Below, in pieces: positions 9,892 through 17,862 of a stretch of DNA of 64,000 nucleotides. Each line of letters opens with the position of its first letter. Within the stretch, counting starts at the first letter, position 1. The notes below the pieces were generated by a model. It had not been told where the DNA came from. It made no database searches and saw only the letters and a list, made by a program, of their open reading frames with translations. The translations under genes were made by a program, and so were the position numbers. The stretch comes from an uncultured Clostridia bacterium. GTDB taxonomy: Bacteria; Bacillota; Clostridia; Christensenellales; CAMQZB01. The stretch covers positions 4,491 through 68,490 of the forward strand of contig CAYOSU010000009.1 of assembly GCA_964406735.1 (NCBI GenBank), read 5' to 3'.

Positions 9892-9991
9892 TACTTTCCC
9901 CTATCTATCATTTATTTGACCTTATTGTAGGCTATCAACGTAAACTTTTCATAAATTATTCGTAATCTCGGCGTTAATTATGAAAGAGGTG

Positions 9992-10123
9992 GGGTGTGGC
10001 TATCGCCACAAGTGAATAGTGAATAGTGGTGGATGAAGTTATTATTTAAAACAATCCCGAAGTACCCTCCGCAGACAGCTCCCTTTACACAAAGGAGCCT
10101 TTCATATGGTTTGCTCGTTATTA
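9992..10123 (+). repeat. mosaic intergenic repeat, locus 1 (module D + core B; 5' arm of the variable hairpin degenerate)
   Basis: GTGGCTATCGCCACAAGTGAATAGTGAATAGTGGTGGATGAAGTTATTATT followed by AATCCC...GCAGACAGCTCCCTTTACACAAAGGAGCCTTTCATATGGTTTGCTCGTTATTA. Confidence 0.85.
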
Positions 10124-10148
10124 AAAAAGACGCTTGGGAAGCGTCTTT
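10122..10148 (-). terminator. rho-independent terminator downstream of rarA
   Basis: Minus strand reads AAGACGCTTCCCAAGCGTCTT followed by T6. Confidence 0.7.
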
Positions 10149-10171
10149 GGGTGATTGGTTTGTCGAAGTTT

Positions 10172-10252
10172 GTGAGAATTATAGAGAATTATAGTTTATA
10201 ATTATTTGCGTAGATGTTAGTGAGAATTATAGTTTATAATCATTTGCGTAGA
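10172..10252. repeat. direct repeat of a ~33-nt unit containing an AT-rich palindrome
   Basis: GTGAGAATTATAG(AGAATTATAG)TTTATAATTATTTGCGTAGA at 10172-10214 and GTGAGAATTATAGTTTATAATCATTTGCGTAGA at 10220-10252. Confidence 0.85.
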
Positions 10253-10289
10253 CGAAAGATGGCAAAGAGGAACGGTTTTTGAAAAAAGT

Positions 10290-11591
10290 TTAGTCGTCGG
10301 ATTCTTCTTTGCGGTAGCGCATTTTGGCTTCTTCGCCGTTTTTGCCCTTGTGGTAGTACTTTTTATCCTTGAGCTTATCGGGAAGGTATTGTTGTTTTAC
10401 GTAGCCGCCGAAGTTATGCGGATAAAGGTAGGACTTTTTCTCGTAGGACGCCTTTTCTTCGGGCGTGTAGTGATAGTTCCTGAGGTGCTGCGGCACGTCG
10501 TCGTCGCATATCTTCGTCGCATCCTCGTGCGCACTGTCCATCGTGGTTACGACGGAGTTGGACTTTTCCGACAGGCAGACGTATATTATCGCCTCGGTTA
10601 GCGGTAGCCGTCCCTCGGGAAGTCCCAATTTTTCAAGGGCGGTATACGCACTCGTTGCGACGACAAGCGCATTTGGGTTCGCTAAGCCTACGTCCTCGGC
10701 AGAGTGCGCTATGACTCGTCTTGCGATGAGAAGCGGATCGCAACCTGCCGCAATAAGTCTTTCGGAGTAATACACAGCCGCATCGGGATCGCTACCTCTC
10801 AGCGACTTGCAAAAGGCGGACAGCATATTGTAATACAGCGTTTCGTCAACGGATATTACACGTCTTTGCGAGGACTGTTCGGCGTCCGTCTTTGTTATAT
10901 GCACCGTTCCGCTCTCGTCGGGGTACGTCGAAAGCGCTGCAAGCTCCAAGAAGTTATACGCAGAGCGCAGGTCGCCGTTAGCCGCAAAGACGAAGTGCGA
11001 AAGGGCGTCCTCGTCGAGCGTTATTTTCATGTGCTTCAAGCCTTTTTCGCTCGAAAGGGCACGCAAAAGTCCCTCTTTTATGTCCTCGTCCGACAGCTTT
11101 TTGAGTTCGAACACGGCGCAACGGCTAACTATTGCCGGCGTCATTGCGATATACGGGTTCTCCGTCGTGCTTCCGATGAAGATTATATCGCCGCTCTCTA
11201 TCGCAGGGAGCAGGCTATCGCTCTGCGCCTTGTTGAAGCGGTGGCACTCGTCGAGCAAAAGGTAAGTCTTTTTGCCGAACATTTTGAGGTTTGTTCTCGC
11301 CTCCTCCGCTACCCGCTTTACGTCCGCAACTCCGCTCGTTACGGCGTTGAGTTTGACGAAGTTGCCTTTGGTCTCCTTGGAAACGATGTTCGCAAGCGTG
11401 GTCTTTCCGCTCCCAGGAGGGCCGAAAAAGATACAGCTTCCGAGCTTATCGGCACGGATGGCTCTGAAAAGCAGGGAGTTTTTGTTTACGATATGCTTCT
11501 GTCCCAAGAACTCTTCGAGGCTTTGCGCTCTCATCCTATCCGCCAACGGGCGGGACATTATTGAAGTGTTGTCAAAATCGAATAGATCCAT
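10290..11591 (-). CDS. rarA: replication-associated recombination protein A (AAA+ ATPase)
   Basis: 433 aa. Walker A GPPGSGKTTLANIV, LLLDECHRFNK, and a MgsA-type C-terminal domain. Confidence 0.9.
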   Translation of the reverse strand: MDLFDFDNTSIMSRPLADRMRAQSLEEFLGQKHIVNKNSLLFRAIRADKLGSCIFFGPPGSGKTTLANIVSKETKGNFVKLNAVTSGVADVKRVAEEARTNLKMFGKKTYLLLDECHRFNKAQSDSLLPAIESGDIIFIGSTTENPYIAMTPAIVSRCAVFELKKLSDEDIKEGLLRALSSEKGLKHMKITLDEDALSHFVFAANGDLRSAYNFLELAALSTYPDESGTVHITKTDAEQSSQRRVISVDETLYYNMLSAFCKSLRGSDPDAAVYYSERLIAAGCDPLLIARRVIAHSAEDVGLANPNALVVATSAYTALEKLGLPEGRLPLTEAIIYVCLSEKSNSVVTTMDSAHEDATKICDDDVPQHLRNYHYTPEEKASYEKKSYLYPHNFGGYVKQQYLPDKLKDKKYYHKGKNGEEAKMRYRKEESDD

Positions 11592-11653
11592 AGCTAAATT
11601 TTAGCACAATGCAACGCTTTTTTCAAGAAAAATCGCTAATTTGCCGCAATTAG

Positions 11654-11682
11654 TTGCATCATATCGCTTTTTGTGCTATAAT
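11654..11682 (+). promoter_or_regulatory. sigma-A type promoter of rnpB
   Basis: TTGCAT, 17-nt spacer, then TGcTATAAT (extended -10). Confidence 0.75.
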
Positions 11683-11689
11683 CACAAGG

Positions 11690-12030
11690 CTTTTTAAGAT
11701 AGTCGGACGGTCGCGGGAACTACGTTCACGAGGAAAGTCCGAGCATCACACGGCAAGGGTGGTGGGTAACGCCCACTAAAGGCGACTTTAAGGAAAGTGC
11801 AACAGAAAATTACCGCAAAGACTTGTCTTTGTAAGGTTGAAAAGGCGAGGTAAGAGCTCACCGACCTTATGGCGACATAAGGTGCAATGTAAACCCCACC
11901 CGATGCAAGATAAATTGTCGAGGCTGCCCGCCATTTCGACAGAACCGTCGCTTGAACGTTGCGGCAACGTAACGTCTAGATAGATGACCGTCTTTAACAG
12001 AACTCGGCTTACAGACTATGCTTAACAAGC
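11690..12030 (+). ncRNA. rnpB: RNase P RNA, bacterial type A
   Basis: Hallmark GAGGAAAGTCCGAGC (P4 5' strand), GGGTAACGCCCAC, AGTGCAACAGAAA and ACAGAACTCGGCTTACAG (P4 3' strand). P1 pairs AAGATAGTC with GACTATGCTT. Ends are approximate. Confidence 0.92.
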
Positions 12031-12035
12031 TACGT

Positions 12036-12073
12036 CGGAGGTAATGCGAAAATCGCATTGCCTCCGTTTTTTT
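12036..12073 (+). terminator. rho-independent terminator of rnpB
   Basis: 14-bp stem CGGAGGTAATGCGA/TCGCATTGCCTCCG followed by T7. Confidence 0.85.
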
Positions 12074-12145
12074 ATGTAAAGACCAAATATAGGACGGCAA
12101 AACGATTTTTTGAGGGCGCAATGGGGTTTAGTCCTATTTTCGCAA

Positions 12146-12172
12146 AGAAAAAACCACCGTGGTCGGTGGTTT
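12146..12172 (-). terminator. rho-independent terminator of the trmH-yebC unit
   Basis: Minus strand reads AACCACCGACCACGGTGGTT followed by T6. Confidence 0.75.
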
Positions 12173-12199
12173 GATGAATTTCTGTTGTGAGTTTAATTC

Positions 12200-12931
12200 T
12201 TAGACGTTAGAGGCGTTATGGTAAACGTTCTGGACGTCGTCGAGTTCGTCGAAGCGTTCGAGCATTCTCTCAAACGTCTCGATCTTGCCCTCGGGGATCT
12301 CGACGGTGGACTGAGGTATCCAGCCTCTTTCGGAAGAAGCGATCGTTATCTTCTTCTCCTCCAAGAACTTGCAGACCTGCGAGAATGCCGCTATATCGGT
12401 CAATACCTCGTAGCCGTCGTCCTCTTCGGTTATATCGTCTGCGCCTGCCTCCAAGCAGTAGTCCATAAGGGTGTCGAAGTCAAGACCGGGGTTCTGCTCC
12501 TTGTCGATAGCGATTATTCCACGTCTGTCGAACATGAAGGATACGCAACCGCTCGTGCCCATCTGGCCGCCCGACTTATCGAACACGCAACGTACGTCGC
12601 CGCCCGTTCTGTTCTTATTGTCCGTGAGGGTTTCTACCAATACCGCTACGCCTGCACAGCCGTAGCCTTCATATATGAGCTCCTCGTAGTTTATCGCATT
12701 GAGCTCGCCCGACGCTTTCTTGATGCCGTTCTGGATACGGTCGTTGGGCATGTTGTTCTGCTTTGCTTTCTGAATTGCATCGTACAACTTGGAGTTGGAG
12801 TTGGGATCGGGTCCGCCTGCCTTTACCGCAACGGCGATCTCTCTGCCGATCTTCGTAAATATCGCAGCCTTAGCCGCATCCGCTTTTCCCTTTCTTGCCT
12901 GTATGTTATGCCATTTGCTATGTCCTGACAT
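12200..12931 (-). CDS. YebC/PmpR family DNA-binding transcriptional regulator
   Basis: N-terminus MSGHSKWHNIQARKGKADAAKAAIFTKIGREI is diagnostic for the family. Its start overlaps the upstream stop (TAATG). Confidence 0.92.
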   Translation of the reverse strand: MSGHSKWHNIQARKGKADAAKAAIFTKIGREIAVAVKAGGPDPNSNSKLYDAIQKAKQNNMPNDRIQNGIKKASGELNAINYEELIYEGYGCAGVAVLVETLTDNKNRTGGDVRCVFDKSGGQMGTSGCVSFMFDRRGIIAIDKEQNPGLDFDTLMDYCLEAGADDITEEDDGYEVLTDIAAFSQVCKFLEEKKITIASSERGWIPQSTVEIPEGKIETFERMLERFDELDDVQNVYHNASNV

Positions 12932-13668
12932 TAGTTCTTCTCCTTTTGAAATTGATACATCAATACGCTTCCCGACACGGCTACGTTGAGCGACTCGACT
13001 CCGTTACACATCGGTATCGACACCACCTCGTCCGCCATGCGCTTTATCTTCTCGCTGACGCCGTTGCCCTCGTTGCCTACGGCAATAGCTACGTTTTTTG
13101 AGGAATACTCACCCTCAAACACGTTTTTGCCGCCCATATCGGCGACGAAAAGCCTCTTTTTATCCAAAACGCTCCTTAGGTCGTCTATATCGGAATTTAC
13201 GATATTTACCCTGAAAATTCCACCCATCGAAGACCTTATCGCTTTCATCGAATAAGGGTCGGCGCAGTTTATCGCTATTACGTCGATAAAATCCGTTGCT
13301 GCCGCCGTCCTTATCAATGCGCCTACGTTCTTGGGGTCCTGAAGCTCCTCTAAGACTATCGCCCGATTTTCTCTATTTGGCTTTTTGGCGTTGCTTTTTT
13401 TTACTACCGCTATCTCGCCCTGCGGCGTCTTTACGTCGGAAAGCTTGGCGATAACGTTATCGGTCGTCAGCACTATCTTTTCAGGCTCGACAAAGGGCAA
13501 TTTTTCGCCGTTCTCGGCGTATACCCTTACTATTTCGTAGCCGCACTTTTGCGCTTCCTCAATAAGCTTTGCGCCCTCCAAAAGGAACTCGCCCCTTTCG
13601 TCACGCACCTTCTTTTCCTTGAGCTTGGCGTCTGCCGCTACTAATTTGTTGCTCGATGACGTTATCAT
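12931..13668 (-). CDS. TrmH/SpoU family RNA 2'-O-methyltransferase
   Basis: 245 aa. LEELQDPKNVGALIRTAAA, AVGNEGNGVS and ESLNVAVSGSVLMY motifs. Confidence 0.85.
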   Translation of the reverse strand: MITSSSNKLVAADAKLKEKKVRDERGEFLLEGAKLIEEAQKCGYEIVRVYAENGEKLPFVEPEKIVLTTDNVIAKLSDVKTPQGEIAVVKKSNAKKPNRENRAIVLEELQDPKNVGALIRTAAATDFIDVIAINCADPYSMKAIRSSMGGIFRVNIVNSDIDDLRSVLDKKRLFVADMGGKNVFEGEYSSKNVAIAVGNEGNGVSEKIKRMADEVVSIPMCNGVESLNVAVSGSVLMYQFQKEKN

Positions 13669-13683
13669 TTCCTTGCTTTTGTT

Positions 13684-13713
13684 AAAAAAGCAGCCGTTTT
13701 TGGCGACTGCTTG
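13684..13713 (-). terminator. rho-independent terminator after rplT
   Basis: Minus strand reads AAGCAGTCGCCAAAAACGGCTGCTT followed by T5. Confidence 0.65.
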
Positions 13714-13726
13714 TCTGGTTTTCGGG

Positions 13727-14080
13727 TTAGTTCAAAGCAGCTTTAGCCTTTTCGGTCAAAGCCGTGAAGCCCTGCGGATCGTTGACTGCTATGTCGGCAA
13801 GTACCTTACGGTCGAGCGCAATGTTAGCCTTCTTGAGTCCGTTGATGAATACGGAATAGCTCATTCCGTTGAGACGGCATGCAGCGTTGATTCTCGTGAT
13901 CCACAAAGATCTGAAATCTCTCTTTTTGTGCTTTCTGCCTACGTATGCATAAGCCTCGGATTTCATCTTTGCCTGACGGGCAACTCTATAAAGTTTGCTC
14001 TTTCCTCCGAAGTATCCCTTCGTGAGCTTCAAAATTTTTCTTCTTTTTTTAACAGCGTTTACGGCTCTTTTGATTCTCAT
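13727..14080 (-). CDS. rplT: 50S ribosomal protein L20
   Basis: [25 protein letters not shown]... is a canonical L20 N-terminus. Confidence 0.97.
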   Translation of the reverse strand: MRIKRAVNAVKKRRKILKLTKGYFGGKSKLYRVARQAKMKSEAYAYVGRKHKKRDFRSLWITRINAACRLNGMSYSVFINGLKKANIALDRKVLADIAVNDPQGFTALTEKAKAALN

Positions 14081-14099
14081 TTTGTTATCCTCCCTTCAA

Positions 14100-14300
14100 T
14101 TACGCCTTGTAAGGAATCATGTTCTTTACGTTCTTTTCAACAGTCTTATCGACGTAACCGCCGTGACGAAGATTTCTCTTGGTCTTTCTGTCTTTCTTGT
14201 TCAAGATGTGGTTCTTGTAAGCTTTTGCTCTTTTGATCTTACCCGTTTTCGTAAATCTGAAACGCTTCTTGGATGCGCTATGCGATTTCTGTTTAGGCAT
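14100..14300 (-). CDS. rpmI: 50S ribosomal protein L35
   Basis: [24 protein letters not shown]... is a canonical L35. Confidence 0.97.
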   Translation of the reverse strand: MPKQKSHSASKKRFRFTKTGKIKRAKAYKNHILNKKDRKTKRNLRHGGYVDKTVEKNVKNMIPYKA

Positions 14301-14327
14301 AATGTCTGTCCTCCGATATATTTTTGA

Positions 14328-14846
14328 TTATTTTTTCTCTTTATTTTTAGCCAATACCATGAAGATGTTTCTACCCTCTTGCTTTGGCGCCAAATCGATC
14401 GTGCAACGCTCTTTTACGAGCTCATAAAACTTGTACATCACGTCAACTGCAAGCTGCGGACGAGCCTGCTGACGGCCTTTCATCCTTATCGAAAGCCTTA
14501 CCTTGTCGTAATCGTCGAAGAACTTCAAGCACTGGCGAGCCTTGGTCTCTAAGTCGTGAGTGTCTATCATGACCGAAAGCGAAAGCTCCTTTGCTTCGTT
14601 CGTCTTCTGATTCTTCTTGGCTTCCTTTTCCTTTTTCAATATCTCGTAACGGTATTTGCCGTAGTCCATTATCTTGCATACGGGCGGAACTGCGTTAGGC
14701 GAGATCTTGACGAGATCGAGCTCCTTTTCGTCAGCCATCCTCTGAGCTTCCGCACGAGGGACTATTCCGATCTGCTCACCGTTTTCGGCGATCAAGCGAA
14801 CTTCCTTATCTCTTATCGCTTCGTTGATCTGATGATTGATGTTAAT
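14328..14846 (-). CDS. infC: translation initiation factor IF-3, ATT start codon
   Basis: ORF track starts at TTG 14795. The frame stays open upstream to ATT at 14846, preceded by AGGAG with a 9-nt spacer. This adds ININHQINEAIRDKEVRL, the conserved IF-3 N-terminus. Confidence 0.9.
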   Translation of the reverse strand: MNINHQINEAIRDKEVRLIAENGEQIGIVPRAEAQRMADEKELDLVKISPNAVPPVCKIMDYGKYRYEILKKEKEAKKNQKTNEAKELSLSVMIDTHDLETKARQCLKFFDDYDKVRLSIRMKGRQQARPQLAVDVMYKFYELVKERCTIDLAPKQEGRNIFMVLAKNKEKK

Positions 14847-14859
14847 AGTAGTTTTCTCC

Positions 14860-15002
14860 TAAATTTATATTTCTTTTCTGCGGTCAGAAACAAAAAAACC
14901 GCAAGCAAAAAGACACTCGCGATTACGAAAAAGATCATATCTGAAGTAGCGACCGTTTTAACAAATCTGACGGTGGAGAAGTCTCCCTCTCTCTTTTTGC
15001 TT
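14860..15002 (-). promoter_or_regulatory. candidate L20-type ribosomal-protein leader / attenuator upstream of infC
   Basis: ~150-nt leader. The 5'-terminal AAGCAAAAAGA (15002-14992) is perfectly complementary to TCTTTTTGCTT (14913-14903), which is followed by GCGG and U7. An alternative hairpin TGCGGT...ACCGCA exists. Position matches the Firmicute infC leader. Confidence 0.35.
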
Positions 15003-15006
15003 AAAC

Positions 15007-15035
15007 ATAATATCATATCGGGGCAGTATTGTCAA
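15007..15035 (-). promoter_or_regulatory. sigma-A type promoter of infC-rpmI-rplT
   Basis: TTGACA, 17-nt spacer, TATTAT on the minus strand. Confidence 0.8.
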
Positions 15036-15085
15036 CCAAAAAAGCTCGATTTTTTGCGGTTTTTTCACACCTTTCGAACCTTTTT

Positions 15086-15805
15086 CTAAAAGATCATTCT
15101 AAGGGCGCAGTTTACGCTTTTCGGGAGCTTTTGAGAGTATACCGCTATCTTTTTCGGCATATTTTCGGCAATAATTGCTATCATCTCTTCGCCATATGAA
15201 AGCTCTTTTTCAAGCGCCTTGAATGAATAGCTTTTCTCTTTTAAGTCGCAATTTACTATCCTCGGCGTTTCGGCATCTATTATATACAAGACATCTTCCT
15301 TTCGCTCAACGGTAGACGCTATGCATTTTATCAGCTTTTTAAGCTCTTTTTTATCGGTCAAAAGCTCTTCGCTTTTCTTTATTGCAAATGCTATCGCACT
15401 CCACTCCTCTTCCTCGTCTTTCAGCAAAAAGTTCTTTATGCCGTCGATATTATATTCCGAAAAGTCGGAAAGCGATGCTAAAAGCAGGCTTTTTGAAACG
15501 TAAAAGTCGGACATTATAAGTAAATGCAAAAGCAAAAAGGCGTGCTCTTTTTCTACGTTTTTCGGCAAATGGGCGGTATAAAGCGTACGCTTTGCATCGA
15601 AAAGAACGCTTGTCGAAAGAACTTCTTTCAGCTTGCCTTGAAAGGAGTGAAAATACTTGTCGGGGACGTCGTACCTTATCTTTTTTTCGTCGCCGTCGTT
15701 TTCAATGAAAGTTTTTATGCCCAAAGTGTCGGCGGTGCTTTTGAGTGCGTTATTGATTATATCTAAAAGCTCGAAGCGTTTTGAGGTTACCGTTATATCT
15801 TTCAT
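15086..15805 (-). CDS. hypothetical protein, possibly YtxC-like sporulation protein
   Basis: 239-aa soluble protein directly upstream of infC. In Bacillus, ytxC lies upstream of the thrS-infC region. Call rests on synteny only. Confidence 0.3.
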   Translation of the reverse strand: MKDITVTSKRFELLDIINNALKSTADTLGIKTFIENDGDEKKIRYDVPDKYFHSFQGKLKEVLSTSVLFDAKRTLYTAHLPKNVEKEHAFLLLHLLIMSDFYVSKSLLLASLSDFSEYNIDGIKNFLLKDEEEEWSAIAFAIKKSEELLTDKKELKKLIKCIASTVERKEDVLYIIDAETPRIVNCDLKEKSYSFKALEKELSYGEEMIAIIAENMPKKIAVYSQKLPKSVNCALRMIF

Positions 15806-15975
15806 AATTTCCCTAAATATATTGTAGTTGATATGAGGTAAATATATGCACGGATAATCGGGGCGTTAATATCCCATTGGTGAACATTTCGTTCGGTTTT
15901 ATGCGTTTTAAGGAAAATTTGGTGTTGACACGCCGCTTTTTTCTCGGTAAAATATAATTGATAACAGGAGGAACT

Positions 15976-17745
15976 ATGAAATATTTTTGCAATCCGCTTA
16001 ACGTAAGCTATAAGTATCAATTCAACAAAAGCCCCGAGGACAAAATAATCCCATCCCGTGAGGGCGCAGACCCGTCGCTCGTTGCGTTCAAGGGAAAGTA
16101 TATACTCTTTCCCTCTATGTCGTGCGGCTTTTTTTATAGCGACGATCTCGTTACCTGGGAGTTCCACGCAACGCCGATGCTTCCCAACTACGACTACGCA
16201 CCCGACGTAAGAGTGGTCGGCGAGTATCTTTATTATTGCGCATCAAACCACGAGCACGGCGTGCATTACAGGACTTCAGACCCGTTTTCCGATTCCTGGG
16301 AGCGCATCGAGGGCGGTATGCCGTTCTGGGATCCCAATCTTTTCTGCGATGACGACGGCAGGCTGTATTTTTATTGGGGAAGCTCGACGAGTGAGCCTAT
16401 TTACGGCGTGGAGCTTGACAGAAACACCTTGCAGCCTATCGGTGAAAGAGTTGCGCTCATCACCTGCGATCCGACCGTAAAGGGCTTCGAGCGGTCTGGT
16501 GAAGACCATATTCCGCCCCGTTCCAAGGAAGAAGTGGACGCCATCTTAGCTCAGATGGAGCATTCGCCTATGAGCGAGGAGATGAAAAAGGTGGCGGCTT
16601 CGTACATTCGAAGCGACCCATACGTCGAGGGAGTCTGGATGACAAAAAGGGGCGGCAGGTATTATCTGCAATACGCTACTCCGTCGTCTGGCTACAACAT
16701 CTATTCGGACGCAGTTTACGTGAGCGATAAGCCGCTCGAAGGCTTCGTACTTTCTCCTAACAACCCGTTTTCTTATAAGCCGGGCGGATTCTTCCCGGGT
16801 GCAGGACACGGCTCGACAGTCGAGGACTTCTCCGGCAACTGGTGGCACATCGCTACGGGCAGGATCTGCGTTAACCACAACTTTGAAAGGCGTATAGGGC
16901 TTTATCCCGTCGGCTTTGACAAGGACGGCGAAATGTTCTGCAATCAACGCTTCGGCGACTGGCCGATAGCAGTCCTCGGAAACTCTCAGGACCCGTGGAG
17001 AAAGCCCGACTTTATGCTACTTTCTTACGGTAAAAGGGCTACCGCATCGACTGAAGAGCGGGCCGCAAGCTTTGCTGTCGACGAGGATATCAGGACGTTC
17101 TGGCAGGCAAAAGCGAACGACCTTACGCCATATCTTGAAGTAGACCTCGGAAAAGCGTTTGACGTTAACGCCATTCAGATAAACTTTGCCGACCTGGGAA
17201 TGGAAATGCAACTTCCCGAAAACGCAACGCTCCGTGGAGCGTTACATCAGGAGCGCTGGATAGACGAAGCGCATCAGCCTACTCGTTGGAGGCTTTTGGG
17301 AAGCGTTGACGGGGAAAATTACTTCGTTATCGAGGATAAGTCAAGCGTTGACACAGACCTTTCGCACGATCTCGTCGTTTGCGAAAACGCCGTTAAGGCA
17401 AGGTACGTTAAGCTCGAGATCGTCGCTCTCCCCTACGGGCAGCCTGCGTGCGTCAGCGGACTCCGTGTGTTCGGAAAGGGCGACGGTGAAGCGCCTAAAT
17501 CCGTTTGCGACGTTGACGCAGAGATATTGGGCGAGCTTGAAGTGAACGTTTCCTGGACGGGAAATGCTGTCGGCTACAACGTCGTTTGGGGATATGCGCC
17601 CGACAAGCTTTATCACTGCAATCAGACCTTTGGGCGTGAGGTTACGCTAAGAGGACTTGTTAAGGGGCAAAGCCTTTACGTCAGAGTGGACTCTTTCAAC
17701 GAATCGGGCATAACCGAGGGTGAAAAAGTCGTTAAAGTCAAATAA
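15976..17745 (+). CDS. GH43-like enzyme with discoidin and Fn3 domains (paralog of 5728-7443)
   Basis: ATG at 15976 is preceded by AGGAGG. MKYFCNPLNVSYKYQ...EGADPSLVAFKGKYILFPS parallels the other copy. Discoidin-like FWQAKANDLTPYLEVDLGKAFDVNAIQINFAD. Confidence 0.75.
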   Translation: MKYFCNPLNVSYKYQFNKSPEDKIIPSREGADPSLVAFKGKYILFPSMSCGFFYSDDLVTWEFHATPMLPNYDYAPDVRVVGEYLYYCASNHEHGVHYRTSDPFSDSWERIEGGMPFWDPNLFCDDDGRLYFYWGSSTSEPIYGVELDRNTLQPIGERVALITCDPTVKGFERSGEDHIPPRSKEEVDAILAQMEHSPMSEEMKKVAASYIRSDPYVEGVWMTKRGGRYYLQYATPSSGYNIYSDAVYVSDKPLEGFVLSPNNPFSYKPGGFFPGAGHGSTVEDFSGNWWHIATGRICVNHNFERRIGLYPVGFDKDGEMFCNQRFGDWPIAVLGNSQDPWRKPDFMLLSYGKRATASTEERAASFAVDEDIRTFWQAKANDLTPYLEVDLGKAFDVNAIQINFADLGMEMQLPENATLRGALHQERWIDEAHQPTRWRLLGSVDGENYFVIEDKSSVDTDLSHDLVVCENAVKARYVKLEIVALPYGQPACVSGLRVFGKGDGEAPKSVCDVDAEILGELEVNVSWTGNAVGYNVVWGYAPDKLYHCNQTFGREVTLRGLVKGQSLYVRVDSFNESGITEGEKVVKVK

Positions 17746-17756
17746 TAATTACGGAA

Positions 17757-17782
17757 AAGACCGCACTTGGCGGTCTTTTTTA
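17757..17782 (+). terminator. rho-independent terminator of the GH43 paralog
   Basis: AAGACCGC/GCGGTCTT stem followed by T6. Confidence 0.8.
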
Positions 17783-17810
17783 TTGCGTTATTTGTCGGAT
17801 TTTGTCGAAA
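17781..17810 (+). repeat. three tandem 10-mers of the TTTGTCGAA satellite
   Basis: TATTGCGTTA TTTGTCGGAT TTTGTCGAAA. Confidence 0.6.
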
Positions 17811-17826
17811 ATACAGTTTTTTGGCG

Positions 17827-17854
17827 CAAAAAAGGCTACGCCGTTTGCGTAGCC
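17827..17854 (-). terminator. rho-independent terminator of the EamA-family gene
   Basis: Minus strand reads GGCTACGCAAACGGCGTAGCC followed by T6. Confidence 0.8.
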
Positions 17855-17862
17855 AAAGTTTA

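Noticed and set aside
14813-15016. 67-aa ORF in the infC upstream region.
   Set aside because: It lies within the promoter/leader of infC, has no SD, and is hydrophobic low-complexity sequence from T-rich DNA.
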